64,000 nucleotides of DNA from Gammaproteobacteria bacterium (GCA_016874235.1 VGUJ01000004.1:8425-72424); one strand, 5' to 3'; counted from the first letter of the stretch, positions 22,839-32,561 are shown. The notes: generated from the sequence alone by a model not told the origin. Numbers and translations: made by a program.

Positions 22839-24368
22839 ATGACGATCATCAAACAGCAGGATGTCATCGCAAGCGTCGCCGATGCCCTGCAATACATCTC
22901 GTACTACCATCCGATGGACTACATCGAGTCATTGGGGCGCGCTTACGAGCTCGAAGAATCGCCAGCCGCTCGCGATGCCATCGCGCAGATCCTCACCAAC
23001 TCGCGCATGTGCGCCGAGGGTCATCGTCCGATCTGCCAAGACACGGGCATCGTGGTCGCCTTCGTGAAGGTCGGCATGAACGTTCGGTGGGACGCCACCC
23101 TCACGCTCACCGAGATGATCAACGAAGGCGTACGCCGTGCGTATCTCGACCCCGACAATACGCTACGCGCCTCGATCGTGACCGACCCCGCGTTCACTCG
23201 CAAAAACACCCGGGACAACACACCGGCCGTCGTACACGTCGACATGGTGCCGGGCGACACTGTCGAGATCACGGTATCCGCCAAAGGCGGTGGCTCCGAG
23301 AACAAAGCCAAGTTCGTCATGCTGAACCCCAGCGACTCCATCGTCGATTGGGTACTCAAGACCGTCCCCACCATGGGCGCAGGCTGGTGCCCACCGGGCA
23401 TGCTCGGCATCGGTATCGGCGGCTCCGCCGAAAAAGCCATGGTGCTCGCCAAAGAATCTTTGATGGATCCCATCGACATGGCCGAACTCAAGGCCCGCGG
23501 TCCCCGCAATCCCGTCGAAGAACTGCGCATCGAGCTGCACGACAAAGTGAATGCACTCGGTATCGGTGCGCAGGGTCTCGGCGGTCTTTCCACTGTGCTC
23601 GATGTGAAGATTCTCGATTATCCGACCCACGCGGCCTCGAAGCCGGTGGCGATGATCCCGAACTGCGCTGCCACACGGCATGTCCACTTCACGCTCGACG
23701 GATCGGGTCCCTCGAAACTCGCGCCGCCCGATCTGTCGCGCTGGCCCAAAGTCGACTGGAAGCCTTCGGCCGAATCTCGTCGCGTCAATCTCGATGCGCT
23801 CACGCCCCAAGAGGTTGCTTCTTGGAAGCCCGGCGATCGACTACTCCTCAACGGCAAGATGCTCACGGGTCGCGATGCGGCTCACAAACGCATCGCCGAT
23901 CTCTACGCGAGCGGCAAAGGTCTTCCGGAAGGCGTCGACTTCCGCAACCGGGTGATCTACTACGTCGGCCCGGTCGATCCGGTACGCGATGAAGTCGTGG
24001 GGCCCGCTGGTCCGACCACTGCGACCCGCATGGACAAATTCACCGAGATGATGCTCGCCAACACTGGACTCATCGCGATGATCGGCAAAGCCGAACGTGG
24101 CCCCGTCGGCATCGAAGCGATTCGCAAGCACAAGGCGGCGTACCTCATGGCCGTCGGTGGCGCCGCGTACCTCGTCTCCAAGGCGATCAAATCCTCACGC
24201 GTCGTGGCGTTCGCCGACCTCGGCATGGAGGCGATCTATGAATTCGAGGTCAAGGACATGCCCGTGACGGTCGCCGTCGACTCGAACGGCACCTCGGTAC
24301 ACCAAAGCGGTCCGGCTGAGTGGAGTCAGAAAATCGCGGCAGGCTCGATCAAGACGCGGGCGCGCTGA
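22839..24368 (+). CDS. fumA: Class I (Fe-S) fumarate hydratase
   Basis: 509 aa with fused alpha/beta domains and ICQDTGIVV and GPTTATRMD motifs. Confidence 0.95.
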   Translation: MTIIKQQDVIASVADALQYISYYHPMDYIESLGRAYELEESPAARDAIAQILTNSRMCAEGHRPICQDTGIVVAFVKVGMNVRWDATLTLTEMINEGVRRAYLDPDNTLRASIVTDPAFTRKNTRDNTPAVVHVDMVPGDTVEITVSAKGGGSENKAKFVMLNPSDSIVDWVLKTVPTMGAGWCPPGMLGIGIGGSAEKAMVLAKESLMDPIDMAELKARGPRNPVEELRIELHDKVNALGIGAQGLGGLSTVLDVKILDYPTHAASKPVAMIPNCAATRHVHFTLDGSGPSKLAPPDLSRWPKVDWKPSAESRRVNLDALTPQEVASWKPGDRLLLNGKMLTGRDAAHKRIADLYASGKGLPEGVDFRNRVIYYVGPVDPVRDEVVGPAGPTTATRMDKFTEMMLANTGLIAMIGKAERGPVGIEAIRKHKAAYLMAVGGAAYLVSKAIKSSRVVAFADLGMEAIYEFEVKDMPVTVAVDSNGTSVHQSGPAEWSQKIAAGSIKTRAR

Positions 24369-25463
24369 TCACTCGCGGGCGGGCTCAACGGCCTTCAGGA
24401 GGTCGTCTAAACCGTAGAAGTGATAAGTCCGGTCAGTCGACATCGCAACCAGTAGGCCGCCGGGAAATCCAGGCAGCGCCGTCGACACGAGATCAATGCC
24501 ATCGGTCTCTTGGGCGGTGAAGCGAACGTGGCCCACGAGTGCATGGCGATGGGGCGCTTCGGGGGGACCGTCGAGCTCGAAAAGTCTCAACTCGCCCGCC
24601 TGCTGATCTGAGACGAACAAAAGTGCCCGCTCACGTCCGCGCCGAAAGATGGCCGTTCCCTCATGGTCACGCGCGAATCCGGTGAGCCCGAACTGAGCGA
24701 GCTCGTCGTCGGCATCTTCCACAGCAGGATCCGCATGATATTTGCGAATGCCGAACGTCTCATCGCTGGCGAAAACCATACCGCGAACGGGATCGACGGA
24801 AAGCGCCTCGATTTCCTTGCGACCGCTCCATTCACCGAACGCCCGTACCTTCAGGCCGCGCAACGTACCGGTGCCGTCGTCGACGAGTCGGTACTGATGC
24901 AGATAACCCTGCTTCGGCGCAAATCGATCCGAGCGACTGACGATGACGAAGACCGCGCCATCCGAGGGCCGCGTATAGGTGGTCACACCCATGACGTCTC
25001 GCGCCCGCTCACCTTCGAATACCGGGATTCCGCCGCCGTCTATTGGGCGCATGTCGGGCAAAGAAAACACTCGCACGCGATGAGCGAAGCGCTCGGCAAC
25101 GACGGCCACATCGACTTTGCGCCCCGCGAGCGGAACGTCGTAGGCGACGTCGACGTTATTGGGGCGTAGCAAGCCGCGAATCGTCAGCTCGTGACGGATC
25201 TTTCCGTCCAGACCAAAGACGTACAGCGCTCCGTCGGCCTCTTTGTCCGTGCCCAGCACGAGGCTCTTGGCAGGCTCTGAGCGGTTCACCCAGATCGCCG
25301 GGTCGTCGGAATCGTAGCGGACCGGCTCAGTCACCACGCGCGGCTTCACAGTCGGCGCAGGGGCTGCATCGAGCGAACCGATCGAACCGAGCAATACGCT
25401 TAGGAAGGAGACGACCACGCCCCAACCGGTGAGCCGGGGTGTGGTGTTGGTCGACGAGGTCAT
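24369..25463 (-). CDS. Beta-propeller phytase (3-phytase, BPP domain), secreted
   Basis: DDPAIWVN motif and repeated propeller blades, with a signal-like N-terminus. Trimmed to the ATG at 25463. Lies 26 nt downstream of the TonB-dependent receptor. Confidence 0.8.
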   Translation of the reverse strand: MTSSTNTTPRLTGWGVVVSFLSVLLGSIGSLDAAPAPTVKPRVVTEPVRYDSDDPAIWVNRSEPAKSLVLGTDKEADGALYVFGLDGKIRHELTIRGLLRPNNVDVAYDVPLAGRKVDVAVVAERFAHRVRVFSLPDMRPIDGGGIPVFEGERARDVMGVTTYTRPSDGAVFVIVSRSDRFAPKQGYLHQYRLVDDGTGTLRGLKVRAFGEWSGRKEIEALSVDPVRGMVFASDETFGIRKYHADPAVEDADDELAQFGLTGFARDHEGTAIFRRGRERALLFVSDQQAGELRLFELDGPPEAPHRHALVGHVRFTAQETDGIDLVSTALPGFPGGLLVAMSTDRTYHFYGLDDLLKAVEPARE

Positions 25464-25489
25464 ATGATCGACTCTAACAGACTTCAAAG

Positions 25490-28066
25490 TTACAGCTTGA
25501 GTCGGCCTCCGACGAATACGCTGTAACCGAACTGCTCATACTCGTAGATCCGGCTCTTCTTGCCGTAGTAGCGAATACCCTTGGAGTTCGTGAGGTTCTT
25601 GGCCTCGACGAACGCCTCAAAGACCTTCGTGAACTGGTAGCTCGCCGTGAGATCGATCTGATCGCGTCCCGCCCAGAAAAGGTCGAGCGCACCGTCCTCG
25701 GCATTGATCTCATCCAAGTAATCACTGCGATCGGTGTAGCTGAGGCGAACGCTCACCGGACCTTTTTCATAGAACAAGGCGAAGTTCGATACCGTCTCCG
25801 ACTGACCCGGCAGCGGGAACGAGGAGCGACCCCCGTAGGTCCGGCCGAGGTCGATCGACGCATCCACGTAGGTAAAGTTGGCGAACACACCGAAGCCGCT
25901 CAACCAGCCGGGCAGCTGAGTGAACTGTTGCTGCCAAGCGAGCTCGAGACCGCCGAGCTCACCGTCCGCGTTCTCGGGGGTGATGAGTGCGGCCGGGTTG
26001 CCGAGATAGCTCCCCGAGCTACGTAATGTGTAGTTGTAGTCCTTCAGATCCTTGTAAAACCCGCTCGCAGACAAAATTCCGATCGGTTCGAAATAGTATT
26101 CGAGCGACACGTCGAGGTTGTTCGACAGCGTGGGCTTCAACGTAGGATTGCCCTGCTGCACGACCAGGAGCGAACCCTCTTGGGTCTCAAGCGCACGAGG
26201 GACGATATCCGTGAAGTCCGGCCGCATCATGCCGCGGGTGACCGCCGCACGCGCAATCAGGTTGTCGTTGACCTCATAACGCAGCGTCAGACCCGGGAAC
26301 ACGTCCGTGTAGCTACGGGTATCGGTCCGCGTGCTGATGGCGCTCGTTGCGGCGTTGAATACCGGTGCGGCGCCTTCCGTTTCCGTTTTCTCGACGCGCA
26401 CGCCTGCGACCACGCCCAAGCGATCGAAATCCAGATCCCACATCGCGTAGCCCGAGAGGACCGATTCGTCTGCCTGGTAATCCGCGGTCGCCGATTGCTC
26501 AGCACGAATCGGCGAGCGCGCCTTGGTCGCATCGTAATAGGCATCCGCCAGTGCCGGATCCACCTTGAAGCCCAGAGCATAGTTGTAGTTGCGACTTTCT
26601 TGGGTCGTCAGGAAAGCCGACAGGGGCTGGCTCGGCGCTGCGGTCGTCGCGCGATCTCGAAAGCGATCCTCATTCGCCTTACGCTCGCCGGACTTGAACT
26701 TCGCGCCCGCCTTGAAATTTCCCTTGCCGCCACCCATCTCAACCGGAATCGTCAAATTGGCGACGGCGGCGATCGTATCGTCGCTGGTCTCTGACGTCCG
26801 ATAGGCATTTTCACGGAACGAGAAATTGGTCGGCGTCAGGTGCTGGTTGGTGGTGAACAAGGAAATCGACGGCTCACGGGTGCTCGTCGAGTAGTCGTAA
26901 GAGATCGGCGCCGTTGCAGTGCCGAGCGCCGCCGTCCGCCACAAGAGCTCGTCGCGACGAGGATAGGTCTGCTCCGTGCTGGCAATCGAGATCGAACCAT
27001 CGAAGGTCCATCCGCCGAACTTCTTCTCGCCACCGAGTTCGCCGGTCACGATCTCGTTCTGAACCGTTCGGTGACGAATCTGCTTGGCCACCCGGATATT
27101 TCGGAACGAGGCTTTCTCGTCCGTGGCCCCCGGAAGCAACACGCCTTCGGACCAAAGCACGAGCAACTGGTTACGATACTCGTCGTCCGTAAAGCGCGAG
27201 AACGTGCCGCGCAAGAAGAGGCGCGAGTCATCGTCCGCACGCAATTCCGCAGCGCTTGTGAGCGCAATACGCTCACGCTTCGTGTCGTAATCCTTGAAGA
27301 GATTTTCGACGACACCGAACACGGTGCCGCCCTCTGGTCGGGTCAGCCGTGCCCAAGCGGTTTCGATATTGTCGACCTGTCGATCGGTTTCCGAGTAACT
27401 GCCCGAGAACAGCAACCCAACCCGAGAGTCGCCTTCCCAAATGTTGCTGACCGACACCGAGCCGCGGACGTCGTTCGTACCACCGAACTCATTGTAGGAG
27501 CCGCCACCCGAGGCGCGCAGTCGGAAGCCTTTGTAATCGAACGGCGACTGCGTACGGATGTTGATTGCCCCCGTGACTGAGTCAGCATCCTGATCAGGAC
27601 GAAGCGTCTTCGTGATCTCGAGTGAGCCCACGATGTCAGACGGGACGGTGTCGAGGTCGATCGCTCGGGTCGTCGGATCGGGCGCCGCTACGCTCACGCC
27701 ATCGATGGTCACCGCCGAAAACTCGGACGGTCCACCACGGACATTGATGTACCGGCCTTCACCCTGGTCACGAGAAATCGCTACGCCGACGACGCGCTGG
27801 AGGGCCTCGGCGATGTTGGGATCCGGGAACCGACCGATGGAGTCGGAGGCCACGACGTTGGTGACGCCCCGTGAATTTTTTTGCTCATCAGAGGCGCGCT
27901 TCGCGGCATCAATGATGGCGGTGATCACAACTTCTTGCAGGTCGTCTGCCGAACCGGCTGCCGGAGACGTTGCATCCTGCGCCGCAGCCGCCGCGGAAAG
28001 GATTCCGGAGACCGCAACAAAAACGGGGGACCAGCGCGAGGTGCGCGCGAAGACGATTCGGGACAT
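25490..28066 (-). CDS. TonB-dependent outer membrane receptor
   Basis: 858 aa with a signal peptide, TonB box (LQEVVITA), plug domain, a long barrel, and a C-terminal aromatic-rich end ...GGRLKL. Confidence 0.93.
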   Translation of the reverse strand: MSRIVFARTSRWSPVFVAVSGILSAAAAAQDATSPAAGSADDLQEVVITAIIDAAKRASDEQKNSRGVTNVVASDSIGRFPDPNIAEALQRVVGVAISRDQGEGRYINVRGGPSEFSAVTIDGVSVAAPDPTTRAIDLDTVPSDIVGSLEITKTLRPDQDADSVTGAINIRTQSPFDYKGFRLRASGGGSYNEFGGTNDVRGSVSVSNIWEGDSRVGLLFSGSYSETDRQVDNIETAWARLTRPEGGTVFGVVENLFKDYDTKRERIALTSAAELRADDDSRLFLRGTFSRFTDDEYRNQLLVLWSEGVLLPGATDEKASFRNIRVAKQIRHRTVQNEIVTGELGGEKKFGGWTFDGSISIASTEQTYPRRDELLWRTAALGTATAPISYDYSTSTREPSISLFTTNQHLTPTNFSFRENAYRTSETSDDTIAAVANLTIPVEMGGGKGNFKAGAKFKSGERKANEDRFRDRATTAAPSQPLSAFLTTQESRNYNYALGFKVDPALADAYYDATKARSPIRAEQSATADYQADESVLSGYAMWDLDFDRLGVVAGVRVEKTETEGAAPVFNAATSAISTRTDTRSYTDVFPGLTLRYEVNDNLIARAAVTRGMMRPDFTDIVPRALETQEGSLLVVQQGNPTLKPTLSNNLDVSLEYYFEPIGILSASGFYKDLKDYNYTLRSSGSYLGNPAALITPENADGELGGLELAWQQQFTQLPGWLSGFGVFANFTYVDASIDLGRTYGGRSSFPLPGQSETVSNFALFYEKGPVSVRLSYTDRSDYLDEINAEDGALDLFWAGRDQIDLTASYQFTKVFEAFVEAKNLTNSKGIRYYGKKSRIYEYEQFGYSVFVGGRLKL

Positions 28067-28120
28067 GGGGAGACCTCGAGAGACCGCGAAATGACGCGGA
28101 ACTAATGGTCCCCAACGCCG

Positions 28121-28138
28121 ATGACTAAAAAATTACAG
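28121..28138 (-). promoter_or_regulatory. Pho-box-like site upstream of the receptor-phytase pair
   Basis: The minus strand reads CTGTAAT-TTTT-TAGTCAT, against the E. coli-type consensus CTGTCAT-A(A/T)A(T/A)-CTGTCA(C/T). It lies 55-72 nt upstream of the receptor ATG in an AT-rich spacer. Confidence 0.3.
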
Positions 28139-28161
28139 ACTTATGGCGGTTTGGTTAAAAC

Positions 28162-28677
28162 CTACGAAAACCCGCGTCGCTGCAGCGTAACGAAGCTCGT
28201 GGGGTACTGATTCCGCTCGTCGGCGGGATACTCGGTACGAGCAATTTCTTGCCAATCCTCGGGCGGCATCGCCGGAAAAAGGGTGTCCCCTTCGACCGTC
28301 GCGTGTACTCGTGTCAACTCGACGAGTTCGGTACGCGGCAGCGCAAGCGCATAGATCTCCGCGCCGCCGATAATCATGATTTCTTCGACCTCGCCCGCCG
28401 CCTCGATCGCCTCATCGAGGTTGCATACGACGATGACCCCCGGCGAGTCGACGGTGTAATCCTTGCGTCGCGTCACGACGATGTTGGTACGCCCCGGCAG
28501 CGGTCTGCCGAGAGACTCCCATGTCTTTCGTCCCATCACGACAGGACGCCCGAGGGTACGCTGCTTGAAGCGACGCAGATCTTCGGAGAGTTTCCAGGGT
28601 AATCCGCCCTCACGCCCGATCACGCCGTTGTCTGCCACGGCGACGATCAGGGTGAGGCGCGGCGCCCGGCCTGGCAT
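28162..28677 (-). CDS. folA: Dihydrofolate reductase
   Basis: 171 aa; LIVAVADNGVIGREGGLPW and GRKTWESLGRPLPGRTNIV motifs. Confidence 0.95.
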   Translation of the reverse strand: MPGRAPRLTLIVAVADNGVIGREGGLPWKLSEDLRRFKQRTLGRPVVMGRKTWESLGRPLPGRTNIVVTRRKDYTVDSPGVIVVCNLDEAIEAAGEVEEIMIIGGAEIYALALPRTELVELTRVHATVEGDTLFPAMPPEDWQEIARTEYPADERNQYPTSFVTLQRRGFS

Positions 28678-29321
28678 CAGCGTCGCGACACTGTTCGCCG
28701 GCGGCTCCCGGTCGAGCGGCCCTGCGTGTCAGCGCCAGCCTTCGCGCGCGACGTCACGCGAGGCGTCGTCTTGTTTTTCGCCGACGTCTTCACACGAGTC
28801 TTGGCTTTTTTCTTTGCCTTTTTCTTTTTACGCGGATCTTTCGCCGGCCAGAGCATCGTGCCGCGGCACTTGGGCGAGCCACAGCGGCACGCGAAAATCT
28901 CGTCAACGTTCGGCGGATCGTCTTTCTCGCGACCGATCTCGTAGTCGTAACCCAGCTCTTCCCCCTTCTCAACGACTCGAGTCGTCTCGATGAACACACG
29001 CCGGTCTTCGATCACCGATTCGCAGTTGCCATCGCAAGAGTGGTTGATGAACCGCGCACCGTTGCCGCCGACGCCAGCGTCGATCACCGTCTTCTTGTCG
29101 ACGATGAACAGGAAAGTGTGATTGTCGTTCGGGTCGTGGCCGTCGTAGCGCGCATCCGCCTCCGCGTGGGAAATGCGGTCGCCGAGATACTCAATGACCC
29201 GCGTACCCTTCGGGATACGCTTGGCGGCAAACACGCCTTTGCCGTGAATTCTGGAGTTGCGGACATTGATCCAAGCGCTGGTGCGCATGACGGGTATCGG
29301 CACGAAAACTCTCCCTGGCAT
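28677..29321 (-). CDS. SET-domain protein-lysine N-methyltransferase with a polybasic C-terminal tail
   Basis: GKGVFA, GARFINHSCDGNC, ELGYDY and post-SET CRCGSPKCRG motifs, then KDPRKKKKAKKKAKTRVK...RRR. Trimmed to the ATG at 29321, because the track start at 29402 overlaps thyA. ATG 29288 is also possible. Confidence 0.85.
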   Translation of the reverse strand: MPGRVFVPIPVMRTSAWINVRNSRIHGKGVFAAKRIPKGTRVIEYLGDRISHAEADARYDGHDPNDNHTFLFIVDKKTVIDAGVGGNGARFINHSCDGNCESVIEDRRVFIETTRVVEKGEELGYDYEIGREKDDPPNVDEIFACRCGSPKCRGTMLWPAKDPRKKKKAKKKAKTRVKTSAKNKTTPRVTSRAKAGADTQGRSTGSRRRTVSRR

Positions 29322-29331
29322 TAAATTGAGC

Positions 29332-30126
29332 TCAGACAGCCACCGGCGCTTTGATCGCCGGATGATGCTGGTAATTCGCGAATTCGAAATCGTCGAAGAC
29401 ATAGTCGAAGAGCGAGGGCGGTCGACGACGTATTACGAGCGTGGGCAACGGATAGGGCTCTCGCGAGAGCTGAAGATCTGCCTGCTCGAGGTGATTGAGG
29501 TAAAGATGACAGTCGCCACCCGTCCATACGAAATCACCGACGCCCAGATCGCATTGTTCGGCGATCATATGGGTGAGCAAGGCGTACGAGGCGATGTTGA
29601 ACGGCACGCCGAGGAAGATATCGGCGCTACGTTGATAAAGCTGACACGACAGACGCCCGTCGGCGACGTAGAACTGAAAGAACGCATGACAAGGCATCAG
29701 CGCCATCTGTGAGAGCTCGCCCACGTTCCAAGCGCTCACAATGATGCGGCGGGAATCAGGCTGCGTGCGCAACTGCTTAAGCACCTCGGATATCTGATCG
29801 ATCGACCCGCCGTCGGGCGTGGGCCAGGACCGCCACTGCTTGCCGTAGACCGGCCCGAGTTCTCCGTTGGCATCGGCCCATTCGTCCCAGATGCTGACGC
29901 CGTTCGCGCGCAGGTACGTCGTATTGGTTTCTCCGCGCAGGAACCACAGCAACTCATGCACCACTGACTTCAAATGGATTTTTTTGGTCGTGACGAGCGG
30001 AAATCCTTCGCGCAGATCGAAGCGCATCTGATGACCGAACACCGACACTGTTCCGGTACCCGTGCGATCGGTCTTGTGCGTCCCGTGCTCACGCACGTGA
30101 CGCATGAAGTCGAGGTATTGCTTCAT
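29332..30126 (-). CDS. thyA: Thymidylate synthase (ThyA type)
   Basis: 264 aa starting [11 protein letters not shown]..., with [12 protein letters not shown] and [12 protein letters not shown] motifs. Confidence 0.98.
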   Translation of the reverse strand: MKQYLDFMRHVREHGTHKTDRTGTGTVSVFGHQMRFDLREGFPLVTTKKIHLKSVVHELLWFLRGETNTTYLRANGVSIWDEWADANGELGPVYGKQWRSWPTPDGGSIDQISEVLKQLRTQPDSRRIIVSAWNVGELSQMALMPCHAFFQFYVADGRLSCQLYQRSADIFLGVPFNIASYALLTHMIAEQCDLGVGDFVWTGGDCHLYLNHLEQADLQLSREPYPLPTLVIRRRPPSLFDYVFDDFEFANYQHHPAIKAPVAV

Positions 30127-30932
30127 GGTACGGCTCGTTCGGTGGAGCGATTACCCGACGGCTCGCCCCGACGATACGCGAGCACCATCAGTGCGATACC
30201 GGCAAGCAACATCGGCAAGGTGAGCAGATGACCCATGGTGAGCCAGCCTCCTGCGAGGTAGCCGATGTGCGCATCGGGAAGTCGCCAGAACTCGACGGTG
30301 AGCCTGCCGACGGCATACATGATCAAAAAGAGACCCGAGGGCGCGAGCCGCGGTCGATCTTTGGCGGTGAACCACCACAACACAATGGCGAGCAAAAGAC
30401 CTTCGAGAACCGCCTCGTATAGTTGCGTGGGATGTCGCGCGACCCCATCGACCATCATGGCCCACGGCACATCGCCCGGTTTGCCCCACAGCTCGCCGTT
30501 GATGAAGTTGCCGACACGCACCGACAAGATTCCGAGACCCGGTAGCGCCGCTGCAAAATCGAAGACGTCTGCCACATGTCGTTTGCGCCTCATCGCGAAC
30601 ACCGCGAGGGCGACGAGCACCCCGATGAGACCTCCGTGGAACGACATGCCGCCCTCGGTGATACGCAGCGGATACCAGGGATCCTCGGCCCAATAGCCGA
30701 GGCCATAGAAAAAGACATAGCCGATGCGACCACCGAGGATGACGCCAAGCATGGCGTAGAAGAGGAAGTCGTCGACCTCCACCGCCGTCCATGTCGAACC
30801 CGGTTGAGCGGCGCGGCGACGACCGAGCCACCACGCCGCCGCAAACGCGACGAGATAGGTGATGCCGTACCAGCGCACCTTGAGCGGGCCAATGTCGAAA
30901 GCGACGGGATCGAAGCCGGGATAATCGATCAT
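30123..30932 (-). CDS. lgt: Phosphatidylglycerol-prolipoprotein diacylglyceryl transferase
   Basis: 269 aa; [20 protein letters not shown] and RHPTQLYEA motifs. ATGA overlap with thyA. Confidence 0.96.
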   Translation of the reverse strand: MIDYPGFDPVAFDIGPLKVRWYGITYLVAFAAAWWLGRRRAAQPGSTWTAVEVDDFLFYAMLGVILGGRIGYVFFYGLGYWAEDPWYPLRITEGGMSFHGGLIGVLVALAVFAMRRKRHVADVFDFAAALPGLGILSVRVGNFINGELWGKPGDVPWAMMVDGVARHPTQLYEAVLEGLLLAIVLWWFTAKDRPRLAPSGLFLIMYAVGRLTVEFWRLPDAHIGYLAGGWLTMGHLLTLPMLLAGIALMVLAYRRGEPSGNRSTERAVP

Positions 30933-30948
30933 CGGGGGATTTTAGCGG

Positions 30949-32175
30949 CTAGCCGCGGGTCACGCGGCAGAAAAATGCCTTGAGGTACCGGGTCTCGGGG
31001 ATCGCCGGATGGCGAGGATGGTCGGGCGACTGCCCGCCTTCGTGCAGCACCTGTACAAATCGGTCGACATGCCGGGCTGCTCCCTGGATCGCCGAGAGAA
31101 GCTCCTCGGAAGCCAGGTGATGAGAACACGAGCAGCTGACGAGTAGGCCTCCCGGCTCCAAGACTCGTAGCGCAAGCTGGTTGAGCTTGCGATATGCCGC
31201 CTGCCCTTGCGGGATTTCCTTGCGTCGCTTGATGAATGCCGGGGGATCGACGATCACCGCGTCGTATCGCTCTCCCGCCTCGGCGAGTGCCGACAGCGTA
31301 TCGAATGCGTCTCCGCGATGCAGAATGGCTTTGAGCGAAGAATTGGCGGCTACGTTTCGCTCGGCAAACTGCAAGGCCGCTAGAGAAGAATCGATACAAG
31401 CGACCTCACGCGCCCCACAGGCCGCAGCGGTGGTCGCCCAACCGCCCGCGTAGCTGCACACGTCGAGCACGCAAGCGCCGGGCTTCAGAAAACGCGGTAG
31501 TACGCTGCGATTGAACGTCTGATCGAAGAACCAACCCGTCTTCTGTCCCCCAGCGAGTGCCACGGTGAAAGACAACGCACTACCATCGAGGAGACTCTCA
31601 AGCACGACCGTCTCGTCGGGTATCACACCCCACGCGGTGTCCACGATCTCCGGCAAACCTTCCAACTTGCGAGCACCCGAATCGTTCTTCCAAAGCAGCG
31701 CGGCCGGCGAGAGAACCTCTCGAATCGCCGCTTCGACTTCTGCGCGTAGGTGCTCCATGCCGAGCGTCGCAATCTGTCCCACGACGAGGTCGCCATAGCG
31801 ATCGAGGACGAGACCTGGCAAAGAATCGGACTCGCCGAATACCCAACGGTAGTGCGGGCTCGGGTAGACGCTCTCGCGCAACGCAAGCGCCTGACGTAAT
31901 CGCGAAGCAATCCAGCGCCGATCGATGTGCGACTCGCTATCGCGGGCGAGGATGCGTGCGGCGATCAAAGTCGACGGATTGAGATAGCCCACTCCAAGTA
32001 CCTGATCGCGATCGGTGACGATGCGAACTTGAGTGCCCGGCTCGAACCCTGCGAGTGGCGTCGCCGCCGTGTCGATCTCGTTGCTGAACACCCAAAGATG
32101 ACCCGCCCGCAGACGACGATCTTCGCCGCGGCGTAGGCGCAGCTCAGGGAGAGTCGAACTGGAGTGAGAAACCAA
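30949..32175 (-). CDS. rlmI: PUA-domain class I SAM-dependent rRNA (m5C) methyltransferase, RlmI-like
   Basis: N-terminal RLRAGHLWVFSNEI (PUA-like) and a SAM fold (VLDVCSYAGGW, VIVDPPAF). I favour the TTG at 32175, which avoids overlap with the upstream small gene; the track start is 32256. Confidence 0.8.
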   Translation of the reverse strand: MVSHSSSTLPELRLRRGEDRRLRAGHLWVFSNEIDTAATPLAGFEPGTQVRIVTDRDQVLGVGYLNPSTLIAARILARDSESHIDRRWIASRLRQALALRESVYPSPHYRWVFGESDSLPGLVLDRYGDLVVGQIATLGMEHLRAEVEAAIREVLSPAALLWKNDSGARKLEGLPEIVDTAWGVIPDETVVLESLLDGSALSFTVALAGGQKTGWFFDQTFNRSVLPRFLKPGACVLDVCSYAGGWATTAAACGAREVACIDSSLAALQFAERNVAANSSLKAILHRGDAFDTLSALAEAGERYDAVIVDPPAFIKRRKEIPQGQAAYRKLNQLALRVLEPGGLLVSCSCSHHLASEELLSAIQGAARHVDRFVQVLHEGGQSPDHPRHPAIPETRYLKAFFCRVTRG

Positions 32176-32209
32176 AGGGAACGTCCCGGCGAGTGAACCG
32201 CCGCGGAGT

Positions 32210-32449
32210 TTAACGGATCGGCAGTTCGTCCCGGAGCGCGCGCTCACGGCGCGCACTCATTTCGGCATGTAACCCCTTGATCGCATCCGAGCCGGTGGTC
32301 ACGAAGAGGAACGGGAAAAGGCCGTGCAGCACGCAGGCGATCCCCGCACCGACCATGCGGAGTCCGAAGCTGCCTGCCTGCCAAAGATGCCCGAGGTAGG
32401 TTTCGCCGATCGTGGTCGGATGCTCGGTGAAGGCGCGCAGTAACTTCAT
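32210..32449 (-). CDS. Small two-TM membrane protein (DUF6356-like)
   Basis: MKLLRAFTEHPTTIGETYLGHLWQAGSFGLRMVGAGIACVLHGLFPFLF... resembles the DUF6356 family as I recall it. Start chosen at ATG 32449. Family assignment is from memory only. Confidence 0.5.
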   Translation of the reverse strand: MKLLRAFTEHPTTIGETYLGHLWQAGSFGLRMVGAGIACVLHGLFPFLFVTTGSDAIKGLHAEMSARRERALRDELPIR

Positions 32450-32561
32450 GGCGGTTAACAATATCCCTAGCCGCACGCAACAGGGTTTCGAAGACATGGA
32501 CAAACCGGACTCGAAGCGCAACAATGTTGCTTAATAGTCATTTATCGAGAAATTTTGTTCC

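Noticed and set aside
23009-23992. 327-aa alternative-frame ORF inside fumA (with its antisense companions 23021..23593 and 23163..23810)
   Set aside because: The fumA frame carries full-length class I fumarase motifs. The alternative frames are Arg-rich, as expected from GC-rich third positions.
28067-28161. Looked for a Fur box upstream of the TonB-dependent receptor
   Set aside because: No reasonable match to GATAATGATAATCATTATC. The only operator-like element is the Pho-box-like repeat reported above.
28780-28860. Homopyrimidine/T-rich tract on the plus strand, considered as a structural DNA element
   Set aside because: It is fully explained as the coding sequence of the Lys-rich SET tail on the minus strand.
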